Positions 45,801 to 64,000 of a DNA stretch of 64,000 nt are shown here, piece after piece. The position numbers and the translations under genes were made by a program. Position 1 is the first letter of the stretch. Each line of letters starts with the position of its first letter. The DNA is taken from assembly GCF_009914755.1 (NCBI RefSeq), contig NC_060938.1. One strand, given 5' to 3'. This stretch comes from the human T2T-CHM13v2.0 reference genome, Homo sapiens. The notes under the pieces were generated by a model, which worked only from the letters and a program-made list of their open reading frames with translations, ran no database searches and was not told the DNA's origin.

Positions 45801-46930
45801 ATAGATTTGCCTATAAGGTTTTATGAAAAAGTGGGTGACATTTGGCTTTCTCTCTTTAAAGAAGATTTTCAGATAATATTAAAAAATAATGGTAGGAGGA
45901 GCCAAGATGGCCGAATAGGAACAGCTCCGGTCTACAGCTCCCAGCATGAGTGATGCAGAAAACGGGTGATTTCTGCATTTCAATTTGAGGTACTGGGTTC
46001 ATCTCACTAGGGAGTGCCAGACCGTGGGTGCAGGAGAGTGGGTGAAGTGCACCATGCGCCAGCTGAAGCAGGGCGAGGCATTGCCTCACTCGGGAAGCGC
46101 AAGGGGTCAGGGAGTTAGTTCCCATTCCTGGGCAAGGAAAGGGGTAACAGATGGCACCTGGAAAATTGGGCCACTCCCACTCTAATACTGTGCTTTTCTG
46201 ACGGGCTTAGGAAACGGCGCACCAGGAGATTATATCCTGCACCTGGCTTGGAGGGTCCTACGCCCACGGAGTCTCGCTGATTGCTAACACAGCAGTCTGA
46301 GACCAAACTGCAAGGTGGCAGCCAGGCTGGGGGAGGGGCACCCGCCATTACCCATGCTCTCTTAGGTAAACAAAGCAGCCAGGAGGCTCGAACTGGGTGG
46401 AGCCCGCCACAGCTCAAGGAGGCCTGCCTGCCTCTGCAGGCTCCACCTCTGGTGGCAGGGCACAGACAAACAAAAAGACAGCAGTAACCTCTGCAGACTT
46501 AAATGTCCCTGTCTGACACCTTTGAGGAGAGCAGTGTTTCTCCCAGCACACAGCTGGCGATCGGAGAATGGGCAGACTGCCTCCTCAAGTGGGTCCCTGA
46601 CCCCTGAGCCCTGAGCAGCCTAACTGGGAGGCACCAACCAGTAGGGGAAGACTGACACCTCACATGGCCGGGTACTCCTCTGAGACAAAACTTCCAGAGG
46701 AATGATCAGACAGCAGCATTTGCGGATAACGAAATCCACGGTTTTGCAGACACCACTGCTGATATCCAGGCAAACAGGGTCTGGAATGGGTCTCTAGCAA
46801 ACTCCAACAGACATGCAGTAGAGGGTACTGTCTGTTAGAAGGAAAACTAACAAACAGAAAGGATATCCACACCAAAAACCCATCTGTACATCACCATCAT
46901 CAAAGACCAAAAGTAGATAAAACCACAAAG

Positions 46931-47945
46931 ATGGGGAAAAAACAGAGCAGAAAAACTGGAAACTCTAAAAAGCAGAGTGTTTCTCCTCCTCCAAAGGAAC
47001 GCAGTTCCTCACTAGAAATGGAACAAAGCTGGATGGAGAATGACTTTGACGAGTTGAGAGAAGAAGGCTTCAGATGATCAAACTTCTCCGAGCTACAGGA
47101 GGAAATTCAAACCAAAGGCAAAGAAGTTGAAAATTTTGAAAAAACTTTAGACGAATGTATAACTAGAATAACCAATACAGAGAAGTGCTTAAAGGAGCTG
47201 ATGGAGCTGAAAGACAAGGCTCGAGAACTAAGTGAAGAATGCAGAAACCTCAGGAGCTGATGCAATCAACTGGAAGAAAGGGTGTCAGTGATGGAAGTGC
47301 AATGAATGAAATGAAGCGAGAAGGGAAGTTTAGAGAAAAAAGAATAAAAAGAAATGAAAAAAGTCTCCAAGAAATATGGGACTATCTGAAAAGACCAAAT
47401 CTGCGTCCGATTGGTGTACCTGAAAATGACGGGGAGAATGGAACCAAGTTGGAAAACACTCTGCAGGATATTAACCAGGAGAACTTCCCCAATCTAGCAA
47501 GGCAGGCCAACATTTAGATTCAGGAAATACAGAGAACCACACAAAGATACTCCTCGAGAACAGCAATTCAAAGACACATAATTGTCAGATTGACCAAAGT
47601 TGAAATGAAGGAAAAAATGTTAAGGGCAGCCAGAGAGAAAGGTCGGGTTACCCACAAAGGGAAGCCCATCAGACTAACAGCTGATCTCTCGGCAGAAACT
47701 CTACAAGCCAGAAGAGAGTGGGGGCCAATATTCAACATTCTTAAAGAAAAGAATTTTCAACCCGGAATTTCATATCCAGCCAAACTAAGCTTCATAAGTG
47801 AAGGAGAAATAAAATACTTTACAGACAACAAATGCTGAGAGATTTTGTCACCACCAGGCCTGCCTTACAAGAGCTCCTGAAGGAAGCACTAAACATGAAA
47901 AGGCACAATCAGTACCAGCCACTGCAAAAACATTCCAAATTGTAA
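46931..47945 (+). pseudogene. L1 ORF1, disrupted
   Basis: Runs from ATGGGGAAAAAACAGAGCAG to aaattgTAA and is split by stops and frameshifts (fragments 47239-47517 and 47590-47838). Confidence 0.92.
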
Positions 47946-48008
47946 AGACCATCGAGACTAGGAAGAAACTGCATCAACTAATGAGCAAAATCACCAGCTA
48001 ACATCATA

Positions 48009-51831
<3,823 letters not shown>

Positions 51832-52213
51832 ACAATGAGAACACATGGACACAGGAAGGGGAACATCACACTCTGGGGACTGTTGTGGGGTGGGGGGAGG
51901 GGAGAGGGATAGCATTAGAAGATATAACTAATGCTAAATGACGACTTAATGGGTGCAGCACACCAGAATGTCACATGTATACATATGTAACTAACTGGCA
52001 CATTGGGCACATATACCCTAAAACTTAAAGTGTAATAATAATAATAAAATAAAATAAAATAAAATAAAATAAAAGAAATGAAAAATTTGTTTGCCTTGTA
52101 AACAAACTACCAAAAAGAAAAAAAAGGAAAAACAAGAGGCAGATCGTTTGTGAAGATAAGTCTTTCCTCTATCAATGAGTAAAGATTTTTGCCCTTTAAA
52201 AATGTTTAAAGTT

Positions 52214-52574
<361 letters not shown>

Positions 52575-52807
52575 TCATAACATCAAGTGTTTAAACCTTT
52601 AATATATTTAATAGGCTTCCCAAAATCAAATTTCAACTTCAAAATTGTCTTTTCTGACCTCTAACTTTGGGATAAAACAGAGGCCCCTGAAGCACCCAAA
52701 AGAGAGGTAAACAGGACTATTTAACATGTTAAGTCACGTGGGTAGCACTGTCAAAATAAAAAATAATGTTGAACCTTCTTCAGGTGCATGTCATCAATCC
52801 ATTCTAA

Positions 52808-53151
<344 letters not shown>

Positions 53152-53202
53152 AGGATTTCTAAAATTCTAATATGTCTATATGCTATCTATCATAATTACA
53201 TG

Positions 53203-53497
<295 letters not shown>

Positions 53498-53807
53498 CTA
53501 ATTATGGTTATTAAGTTATTGTAGACCACAGAAATAACCAAATTTCCTTGTCAATTGTCTTTAACTATAACTATTTAAAGTCATTTCCACAGTTAATTGC
53601 TTAATGGTGATGCAGTTTCTAAAAACTTCACAAGCATGCAAAATTGTAGAATATGGTGTCTCTTAGAAGATCCATGAAAGAATGAAAAGGACCCTGAGAA
53701 ACACTCGTGAACACAGATTTCTAATAACTTTAATATCATGGGTAAAAATTCCCCATAAGTTCCCCGATCCCCCAAGAATTAGACTGGTTAAGAATTCTCA
53801 AAAGTGA

Positions 53808-54107
<300 letters not shown>

Positions 54108-55411
54108 TTAAAAAAAAGACCAACTGGTTTATAAAACTGCCAACCCAAGTAAAACAAAAATTGTATACCAAGGAAATATTTTGCCACATTTGCATGCTAA
54201 ATCACCAATATTGAAATTGTTTAGATATATAATTTAAATAAACTCCAAGGTCTAAGTCAAATTACCTATAACTACTCATCAGTTACCAGTGCCACGCACC
54301 TAATTTGGAGAAACAGCTGGTATTCAAGAGGATGTAAGTCTAATGTTAATTAAGCACGGACTTATGAAGAACCGGGATGGCCACCTTGTCCTTCTTAAGT
54401 CCTTAAAACTTTTGTTACTAAAAGTTCTGCATTCCATAATTCATCATGGAAAGAGAAAATGATCCAAATTAAATATATTGGTGTGGTGATTTCTAAATTG
54501 CTAAAATAGTTTATAACCAATGTTTGGTTCATCAAACCTATATTTCTAGGAAAATAATCAAAACTTCAAGTATATTTGGTTACCTGATGGGCCATTTAAA
54601 CATTTTATAAAGAGATTTCATTCAGTTGTCATTTTCAGTGCATGTTTTCTGATTGTATAAAAGCTCTTCCATGCAAGAGAGTTGATGTTAAAACAGTAGA
54701 TTATTACGCTGAAGTGTAATTTCACCAGCTAAAGAAAGCCTTTTATGGTTCACTGAGGACAGTCAACCCCTTCACAATCTAGAATCTGATGACTGGATCT
54801 TCTGAGAACATCAGAGAAGGACTGCCCTTGCCATCCACATGACAGCAAAACTTTAAAACCTTAAACTTTGGGTTCATAGTCTCACAACTCAGAAGGGTCC
54901 CTCCACAATCAGAACCATATACCCATTAGAACCCTTAAGGTAAAGCTAACAAGGACAGTTCCCCCCAGAAGAAGATAGCATCCTTAATGTGAACAGCTTT
55001 TCCCAAGATCACAGATCAAGACTTCTCTGCTCTCATGAGACTCTTATCTTAATTATCTGTGCAGCTGCTAACACTTATAGCATATGGAGAAAACATCGGG
55101 TATTATAAAGATTTGGTTGTGGGGAATTAACAAAAAAACCCACTTAGTTAAGCAAGTAAACTCTTTATCTAATTCATTCTTTAATCTATTTGATTTTAGG
55201 TGGTTTGATTTATGGGGACCCTGAGTAAGGAGCATATACAAAATTATTGGTGTTATCCCAATAGTCATAAGAGTCTCCCTGGTGCACTGTACTTACTCAA
55301 ATATTTTAAGAGTTTACATGCAGCCATCTCTAAAATGTCAAATGGTATCTCTTCAACTGGAATGACAAGAGATTAAAAAAAATGTGCAACCATAAGGACA
55401 CTGTAACCTAT

Positions 55412-55974
55412 GAGTGACATGCTAAACCGGAAACCCAAAACAATGGGAGTGACATGCTAAACCAGAAACCCAAAACAATGGGAGTGATGTAGTAAAACTG
55501 GAACCCAAAACAATGGGAGTGACGTGCACTAAAACCAGAACCCAAAACAATAGGAGTGACGTGCTAAACCAGAAACCCAAAACAATGGGAGTGTCTTGCT
55601 AAAACCGGAACCCAAAACAATGGGAGTGATGTGCTAAAATCAGAACCCAAAACAATGGGAGTGCCCTGCTAAACCAGAAACCCAAAACAATGGGAGTGAC
55701 GTGCTAAAACCGGAAATGAAAACAATGGGAGTGATGTGCTTAAACCAGAACCTAAAACAATGGGTGTGACGTGCTAAAACAGGAAATGAAAACAATGGAA
55801 GTGATGTGTTTAAACTGGAACCCAAAACAATGGGAGTGACGTGCTAAAACAAAAACCCAAAACAATGGGAGTGACGTGCTAAACCTGGAAACCCAAAACA
55901 ATGGGAGTGACATGCTAAAACCAGAACCCAAAAGAATGGGAGTGACATGCTAAAACCAGAACCCAAAACAATGG
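55412..55974. repeat. Minisatellite, ~16 copies of 35 bp
   Basis: Unit gagtgacatgctaaaccagaaacccaaaacaatgg. Confidence 0.96.
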
Positions 55975-56049
55975 TAACTAAGAGTGATGCTAAGGCCCTA
56001 CATTTTGGTCACACTCTCAGCTAAGTGAGAACTTGACTGAAAAGGAGGA

Positions 56050-56342
56050 TTTTTTTTTTCTAAGACAGAGTCTTGCTCTGTCCCCCAGAGTGGAGTGCAG
56101 TGGCACGATCTTGGCTCACTGCAAGCTCTGCCTCCTGGGTTAAGGCCATTATCCTGCCTCAGCCTCCTGAGTAGCTGGGACTACAGGCAACCGCCACGAT
56201 GCTTGGCAAATTTTTTGTATTTTTAGTAGAGACGGGGTTTCACCGTATTAGCAAGGATGGTCTCAATCTCCTGACCTTGTGATCTGCCCACCTCAGCCTC
56301 CCAAAGTGCTGGGATTACAGGTGTGAGCCACTGTGCCCAGCC
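56050..56342 (-). mobile_element. Alu (Y-like)
   Basis: Antisense Alu with TSD aaaaggagga. Confidence 0.94.
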
Positions 56343-56716
56343 AAAAGGAGGAATTTTTTAAGCAAAATTATGGGAGGCCATGGTTTTGAACTAAGCTCAT
56401 GCAATAGGTCCCAACAGACCAAACCAAACCAAAATGGAGTCACTCATGCTAAATGTAACATAATCAAACTAAGAGTTTAAGGAAACACATAAATCCTAGA
56501 ACAAACCAGGTTTTGTTTTTCTCCTGTAAACAGGACGTTCCAGCATAAGAAGATACCTTCTACTCAAGTCCTTGTTCCACCTTTTCAAATCTCACTGGTC
56601 TATTTCCCAGTGGGTTTCTAAACCAAGTAAGTACATTTGCAATGGTAACAGTGACACCAGTGACTGAAGTTTTGGCCAATCTCTCAAAATTGAGAAAATA
56701 ACCAAAGGGAAGGCAT

Positions 56717-57115
56717 TGTTAAAGTGAACTAAGTATGGCCTGAGAAGGGCTCCATAATTCTATATATGAGTCCTTGTGGATGAACTGCAACCTACCTTAA
56801 TAGGTAGATAAGAATGAAAAACTAACTTGAGAGTATGCATCTGGAACAACAGCTACATCTTGGCCAATCCCAATGGCCAAACTTCAACCACTCAGGCGCT
56901 GCCAAATGTTCAAACTGTGTTCAAACAAGGCAAACGCTGAGTTGTTTCTGTACCTCACTTCCGATTTTGGTATGCCTCTTCCCTTTTGTCTATAAATCTT
57001 CTTCCACCACATGACTGCGCTGGAGTCTCTGTGAATCTGCTGTGATTCTGGGGACTGTCCGATTCGTGAATTGTTTATTGCTCAATTAAACTCTTTTAAA
57101 GTTTTGCTTTTAACA
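56717..57115 (+). mobile_element. MER57A-type 3' LTR
   Basis: tgttaaagtgaactaagtatggcctgagaagg...cttttaaca, colinear with the 5' LTR. Confidence 0.9.
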
Positions 57116-57156
57116 GAACTAACACAGAAGAATTTCCAGATCATGAACAGATGTTT

Positions 57157-57763
57157 TGTAATACCCAACCTTGTATTAACATGAATAGACTCTTCCTTAG
57201 ATAGCTAACTTTGTTTTTAATATGAATAGACTCTCCCTTAGCTGAGAAAACCAGACAAACTCCATTTGACTGCTTCATTTACAAGACATCAAGGGCTCCT
57301 TACCCTCCCCCTTTCCTCAAGGACTTTAACTTGTGCAAGCTGATTTTCAACATATCAAAGAGTGCAATTAACTGACAAAGTGCTGAGGCAAGCGATGTCC
57401 CCAGTTCCCAGCAATTTATTCAGAGATAGTATCATAAAGCCCCCACATTTTTCCGGCAGATAATGCCCAGAGCCCCCTGACCTATCACTTTGTGGTGAAT
57501 TTAAAGCCCCTGCACCTGGAACAGTTTGTTTTCCTGTAACCATCTGTCTTTTTAACTTTTTTGTCTGTTTTTTTCTTCTGTAAAGTTGCTGCAGCTAGAA
57601 TTGCCCCTCCCCTCTCTAAACCAAAGTATAAAAGAAAATCTATTCCCTTCTTTGGGGCTGAGAGAATTTCGTGCGTTAGCAGTCTCTCAGTCGCTGGCTA
57701 ATAAAGGACTCCTGAATTCGTCTCAAAGTGTGGCGTTTCTCTCTAACTCACTCGAGTACGACA
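57157..57763 (+). mobile_element. LTR6-like (HERVS71) solo LTR
   Basis: tgtaatacccaaccttg ... gagtacgaca with a perfect 4-bp TSD GTTT, TATA-like gtataaaag and AATAAA. Confidence 0.8.
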
Positions 57764-58537
57764 GTTTCAACTATGGTAGAAGACTCGAACAAGGCAAATA
57801 CAGTCCCCTAAATTTGACTATTATTTAGGTTAATGGTGAGTTTAGAAGAAATAAGACTACACCGAGTGGGCTAAAGTGCAAATAAACACTGGAAATATTT
57901 CCCAGAAAATATGACTTTGAACAGGCTGCTTCACACCCTGCATGTAGAGATAAACTAAGAAAAAGGTGTGGAGAGTTATTTAAGGACCTATGGTTAACTC
58001 AATCCTCAAGATGTTCCAGGTTTCATCCATGAATCAAGGAGGACCCCCCAAAAGCTGTTTGGGACCACACTCTTTGAGCAAGGAGCATACTTTACGATGG
58101 AAGCTGTGCTTTAGCGGCAGATGACCATTTCCACTACACAACACTACAAGTGTTTACTGCCAGCCTGGTGTGAAATATGTTCCAGCACATAATCTATGTC
58201 ACCAATGAAGGTGGTGGTTCAGACTTAGTGCACATAAGCTTTCCTGTCCCACAAGAACACAGCATGCTCTCTTCTCGGGTTCCATTCCAATCACATAACA
58301 AACATGACTGCCTTTTTTGTCTCGGCATCAGAAAGTTCAGAGGAAAATTTGCACTCAACTTAGACAACTCTAAGCTCTTATAACCTGCCTGTATCTACAG
58401 GTCAGCTTTAACTTATTTATGTATATTTTCTTCAAGCTGAATTTTACTTATTTCTACTTTTCCTTTTTAATTCACAGACACCCATAAACTCAGAAAATAC
58501 AGTGTAAAACAAAGTGAAGAACAAATAAACAACTCAC

Positions 58538-58596
58538 CAGAGATTTATTCGTTTCTTATTGCTCTTGGAAACACCCACAGGACACTGGAAACATAG
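58538..58596 (-). pseudogene. ZNF717-like first coding exon with a premature stop
   Basis: Minus strand reads ctcccag|ctATG TTT CCA GTG TCC TGT GGG TGT TTC CAA GAG CAA TAA GAA ACG AAT AAA TCT CTG|gtgag, translating as MFPVSCGCFQEQ*ETNKSL. The recalled ZNF717 N-terminus is MFPVFSGCFQELQEKNKSL. Splice sites are canonical. Confidence 0.8.
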
Positions 58597-59149
58597 CTGG
58601 GAGAGAAGACAAATGACGTGGATTAAGGAGAGAACTGGTGTGGTGTGGTCCAATATTCTTCTGCCCAACACTCTAGACACATTACCTGGGAAAGCCCTCC
58701 TCCCTCCTGAAAAAGAAAAACTTCCCCATGGGAGAAGAGTCCTTCACGCCCCATTAGGGGCAAGAAAGACTCAAGTTAAGATGAGATACATCTACAAGTA
58801 CATTAACTGGTAGACATTAGATGCACAATTTATTTTTGAATAAAACTATGTATTACCTACTAATTTAGCAACAATATTACCTAAATATATAATCTAATAA
58901 TTTAATACAAAGAAACATTATAAGTTCACTAAAATAAATGTTATAGCAATATACTGGGCTGTATTAACTATTTTCCTATTAATATGTGGATTCCACAAAT
59001 AACTTCATATGAGTGTTCCCATGACAGTACATCTTGCTTTTCTATACCTGAACATCATGGAAAGTGCATCTTGCAAACCAGCAATTTTGGCCTACAATTA
59101 TGTTTTTTAAAATGTACATAATATGTACTTCCTGCAGTACACCATTCTA

Positions 59150-59595
59150 CTCATGTTTCCCAATAACACCTTTCCTTCTATCCAAGCCCTCATATTATGC
59201 TCTGACAATAAATTGGGCTTTTCCATCTGACTTGTCCAGTGAATGGACAATGGAAAATGTGATGCAAATATCCATTGGTTCTTGCCATTTTGGACACAGT
59301 CATACTGTGAAGAGGTCTGGAGCTACCCTGTTGGAGACACAGGGCCTAGCCAAGAGTCACCACAAACCACCAGATTGTGAAGGAAACTATCTTAAACCAA
59401 CCAGGCTCAGTCAAGGCACCAGGTGACTAAGGGCTCTTCTGTGATCCAGGCAACACAAATATATCAACTACCCAGCTGAACCCACCACACCAAAATGCAG
59501 ATCCACAGAACTTCAAACAAATAAAATGGAGGTTGTTTTTTTATAAGCCAGTAAGGTTTAATTAGTTCTTTAAACAGCAAGTATTAACTGTTACA
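59150..59595 (+). mobile_element. MLT1-type LTR remnant
   Basis: cccagctgaaccca...aataaaatggaggttgttttttataagccagtaaggttt...aactgttaca. Confidence 0.55.
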
Positions 59596-60459
59596 CCTAA
59601 GTGAACAGAATTCACTTCTGTGTTTTTAACAAAATTACGTAGGGGGAGAAAATCTTAAATTAAAAATCAAATACAATCAATAGAACTTCACAATCTAATG
59701 CTAAATCTGGTGATGGACTAGGTTTAATATATCTCAGACGCTGGAAACAACGAGCTAAGTTTGAAGGAATGGGACTGCGTTTGGAGAGTATTTTAATCTT
59801 CTCAGGTATGACAGGTCACTCCTGTACCACAGACCACACTTTCAGGCCCCTTCAAATAAGGAATATTTCCTAGGTCCTTGCCTGTTCTTCTCAGCTGAAT
59901 TCACCTCAACTTTCTGAAAGTTCGTCCAAACCTTCTACCATCACCTAGTCTTTGCAATTCTTGTGCATTATAGGGAGTAGAATTAATATTTCCTGAGAGA
60001 GGAAAACTGGGATCTTCACCTGTGACCTTTTTTCCTCCTCTGAAACACCAGTGAGAGGTTAGACCAGATGGCTGTTCTTTCAAGTGCACTTCTTATTCAT
60101 AGGGAACCCTCCATTTCAAGCTTTGTAACACACAGTTAAGACTGAAGTACCCTTAAGGCTGAAGACCATCATCCATTACCCCATCTCCCTCGTGGAATCA
60201 GTGAGTTCTTCCCTGGAAACTAGGTCTCGTATAAACTTCTGTAAATGCAACCCAGGAGGACTAGGCAGGTCACACAGTGAAGGAGGGAACAAGAAATTTC
60301 ACTTGCTAAAGAGACACCAGGAAACCCAACTAATACAAACGCCAATTTTAAGACTAGAGGTGCACGCATTTCACACTACTACTCTGGAAATGGGGAAAGT
60401 CTCCCGAGAACTGTGTGTTAGCACTGGGACAGATGGGCAAACTGAGTGACATGCGAGTT

Positions 60460-61040
60460 GGTAACCAGGTCCCTCAGCAGCAAGACAGGAGCGTGGCCTG
60501 CAGACTCCGGGCCCAGGGCCACCGGCCTTGACTACGTGCTCCTGGGCCTCTGAAACCCGCTTCACTGCCGGGACCCCAAGCGTGTCCTCCCAGCACCTGC
60601 CACTGTCTGCGGCCCGCACCGGCACGTCAGGCCTCGCTCGCCTGCGATGCGCCCACGCGTCTGCTCCCACAACTGGGGAACACTGGTCCGGCCCCCCGGG
60701 ATCCCCCGAGGCCCACGGGTTCCTCTTCGGCCTCACACAGACCCATAGGGACATAGAACCAAGCCGCATGCCTGCCCAGCCTCAGGACCGCCTCTGGGTT
60801 GAGCACTTCCGGAGGAAAATGGTGGAGTGGGCGGGGCAGCGCATGAGCAGAGAGAAAAACTGGTTCCCAAGGTCCTTCATGGTAACATCATTGGAAGGTG
60901 ACACTACATTTCCCATGAGGCTCTGCGTTCCCCTGTTACGAACGCATGCCGGACATTCTGCTTTGCCCAGCTGTGAGTCCAGTTACCCAGAGACCCGGAC
61001 TTAATGGATCAGGACTGGTCCCTACCCACGTGACACATTT
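60460..61040 (-). promoter_or_regulatory. CpG-rich promoter and probable non-coding exon 1 of the ZNF717-like unit
   Basis: CpG-dense. Motifs: ETS/GABP cacttccgg 60804-60812, YY1-like aaaatggtgg 60816-60825, GC box 60828-60836, NRF1-like gcgcatgagca 60839-60849, ZNF143 SBS actacatttcccatgaggct 60903-60922, E-box cacgtgac 61027-61034. Lies ~2 kb upstream of the ATG exon. Confidence 0.75.
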
Positions 61041-61147
61041 GTGGCATTCTGGTTCTTTATTAAATCCTGGTTTCACAGCCTGAGACATTGTGAAAATAAT
61101 GGAGAAATTTCAATAGATGCCAATTGGTCTATGCTATTAATGAGTAA

Positions 61148-61442
<295 letters not shown>

Positions 61443-62054
61443 TCAAGTCTATTTTTTATAGATGCATTCGAAAGCATGAAAAAAATCATGTCTCTATTTT
61501 ACTTTAAATTTTAAAAACACAACTAATTAATACAGTAATTCTCTTCCAATCTGTTTTCTTTTTTCTCACTAAACTAATTTGTGAGCCTTCAATTTACACA
61601 GTTAGGAAAAATGCTCTGGTGTGTATAGTAGGATAAAATAACAAGGTCATAAGACAGGTGCACTCCATAATCTTTGTGACAACTTACACTTCCAGTGTCT
61701 GATAAATATTTGCCCATAAACTCCCACGTTTCATCCATCCACCAAACAATCAAATCTACCTATCTTTATTTATTTATTGTGAGAAAGACTAGAACTTTGC
61801 CTTTCCTTCCCTGATGTCTGCCACAAACTAGGCAAGGAGTTCTGCCTAGGGGTTTCTCAGAGCTCCGGCTATCACCGAGGTTCCTAACAGGGAAATTGCT
61901 GGCTTGGATGCTCCAGGTTGATGTAGGAGTGCATGTGAAACGGGGGTGGGGTGAAAGGGCAGTGAAGTTTGTAGGTGGGTAGATGGGGGTGTGAAGGGGT
62001 TTCAGGTAAGAGGCACTCAGGAAACTGGGAGAGGCAGCGAAAGCACCTCACGCC

Positions 62055-62400
62055 TTAGATCACCAGAAGATGCTCCCACCAGCGCCATGACAGTTTGCCA
62101 ATGCCATGGCAGCACGGGAAGTCCCCACCCCTTGCCATGGAAACAGCTGGAAGTTACTGTTCATTTCTAGCTGTTTCTGAGTAACCCGCCCCTTAATTAG
62201 CATGCCATTAAAAGTGAATTATAGAAATGACTACAAGCCACCCCTAGGCTGCTACTCTGGGAGCACAACCCACGGAGGGCTCCCTGCCCTGCCGGAGGGG
62301 ACGCAGGGCTGTAACACCGCCAATGCCTCCATAGAGCTGCTTTCTTCCACCACAGGCTTGCTTTTGGATTTCATCCTGAGCAACGCCAAGAACCTGCACT
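62055..62400 (+). mobile_element. MER41-family LTR fragment
   Basis: cccaccagcgccatgacagtttgccaatgccatggca...ggaagttac...aacccgccccttaattagcat...gccaagaacc. Confidence 0.65.
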
Positions 62401-63374
62401 TCCTCAGTGTGACTCTTGCCTAAAACCTATCCCTGGTTTTCTCTTTTCCTAAGCATGCTCTGACTTGTTCTTTCATCTCCTCTGATCTTGCAATTGGTCC
62501 TCAGTGACTCTATTCTGCAGATCCAGAAAACTCAACCTTAATCTTCCCAGAGCCCTGTTGTCTCCAATATTGGAATCTTTAGCCTTGTCTCAGACGCCTA
62601 GATTTACCGGCCTCTCTCTTGAACACCTATTGGTAAGGTATCTGGGGATCCTTTAAATACAAGATGATTGGCAGGGTTTACATAGGGGAAATCAGTGTCT
62701 GACAATTCGCCTTCCAGGATATGGATTGTCATTCCCTCTCTTTGTGGGCCGCAGTCTCTTATACATAAAAGTAGAGATTGTAATACTCATTTGGCTTGCA
62801 GATACCTCACCCCGAACCCACCTAATATAATGTAAAAGTCAAGAATGCAACACCTTTCCTCACCCCGTGAAGGTAAAGTCCTCAGAGCCAAGGAGAGAAG
62901 GCTCAAGGATGGTACCTGGGTGTTTCCAACACTAACCATGTATTGTAGTTTTTAGTGTTCAAGTTTAAGCTTCTTATGTTAAATTTACCCCAGTTTTAAT
63001 TCTATTGTAACAAGATTTATGTTTGAAATTCCATTTTTGGATTCAAGATTTCTTGGTAAAGAAATACAGTTATTTTTCTATACCAATCTTATATAGTATT
63101 ACATTCCTAAATTTGTTCATGAGTCCTAATACTTTTTAGTAAATTTCTTATGATTTTCTAAATGCAAGATCACGTCATCCGTACATAAAGATAACTGTAC
63201 TTCTTCCTTTCCAATCTAGATGCCGTGTATTTATTTACATTGCCAAGTTTTCCCAGCTACCACTGTTATCAAGTAAAAGGGGCTCACTGCCAAAAGCACT
63301 AGAAGCCGGTACCATGGCATTGAGTTTTTGAGAAAAGAAAAACTTTAAAGTCAAAACAAAACCTATAGGATACA

Positions 63375-64000
<626 letters not shown>

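Noticed and set aside
60371-61004. ORFs of 132 and 158 aa
   Set aside because: Explained by stop-codon scarcity in a CpG island; no recognisable protein.

Overview
Primate (human or great-ape type) DNA, almost entirely repeats, resembling a pericentromeric or acrocentric short-arm segmental duplication. No intact protein-coding gene is supported. Bases ~458-25455 are a ~25 kb array of the 48-bp CER (D22Z3-type) satellite, interrupted by a twin-primed L1PA that carries a probable 3' transduction. The rest is nested transposable elements: old L1M fragments, a near full-length Tigger1, an MLT1 element, an LTR6-like solo LTR, about 20 Alus, and a MER57A provirus holding a MER52 LTR, a full-length dead L1PA and a 35-bp minisatellite. 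At the right end, a CpG-rich promoter and a 59-bp exon on the minus strand match the start of the KRAB zinc-finger gene ZNF717, but the exon has a stop codon. Everything to the left would then be that gene's intron 2. Main observation: both ends of the CER array are visible, and the 48-bp monomer looks like the junction between an old L1M 5' region and the 5' end of an MLT1A-like LTR. The locus, or its ancestor, may therefore record how the satellite arose. Family names rest on consensus sequences recalled from memory, not on a search, and many coordinates are approximate.
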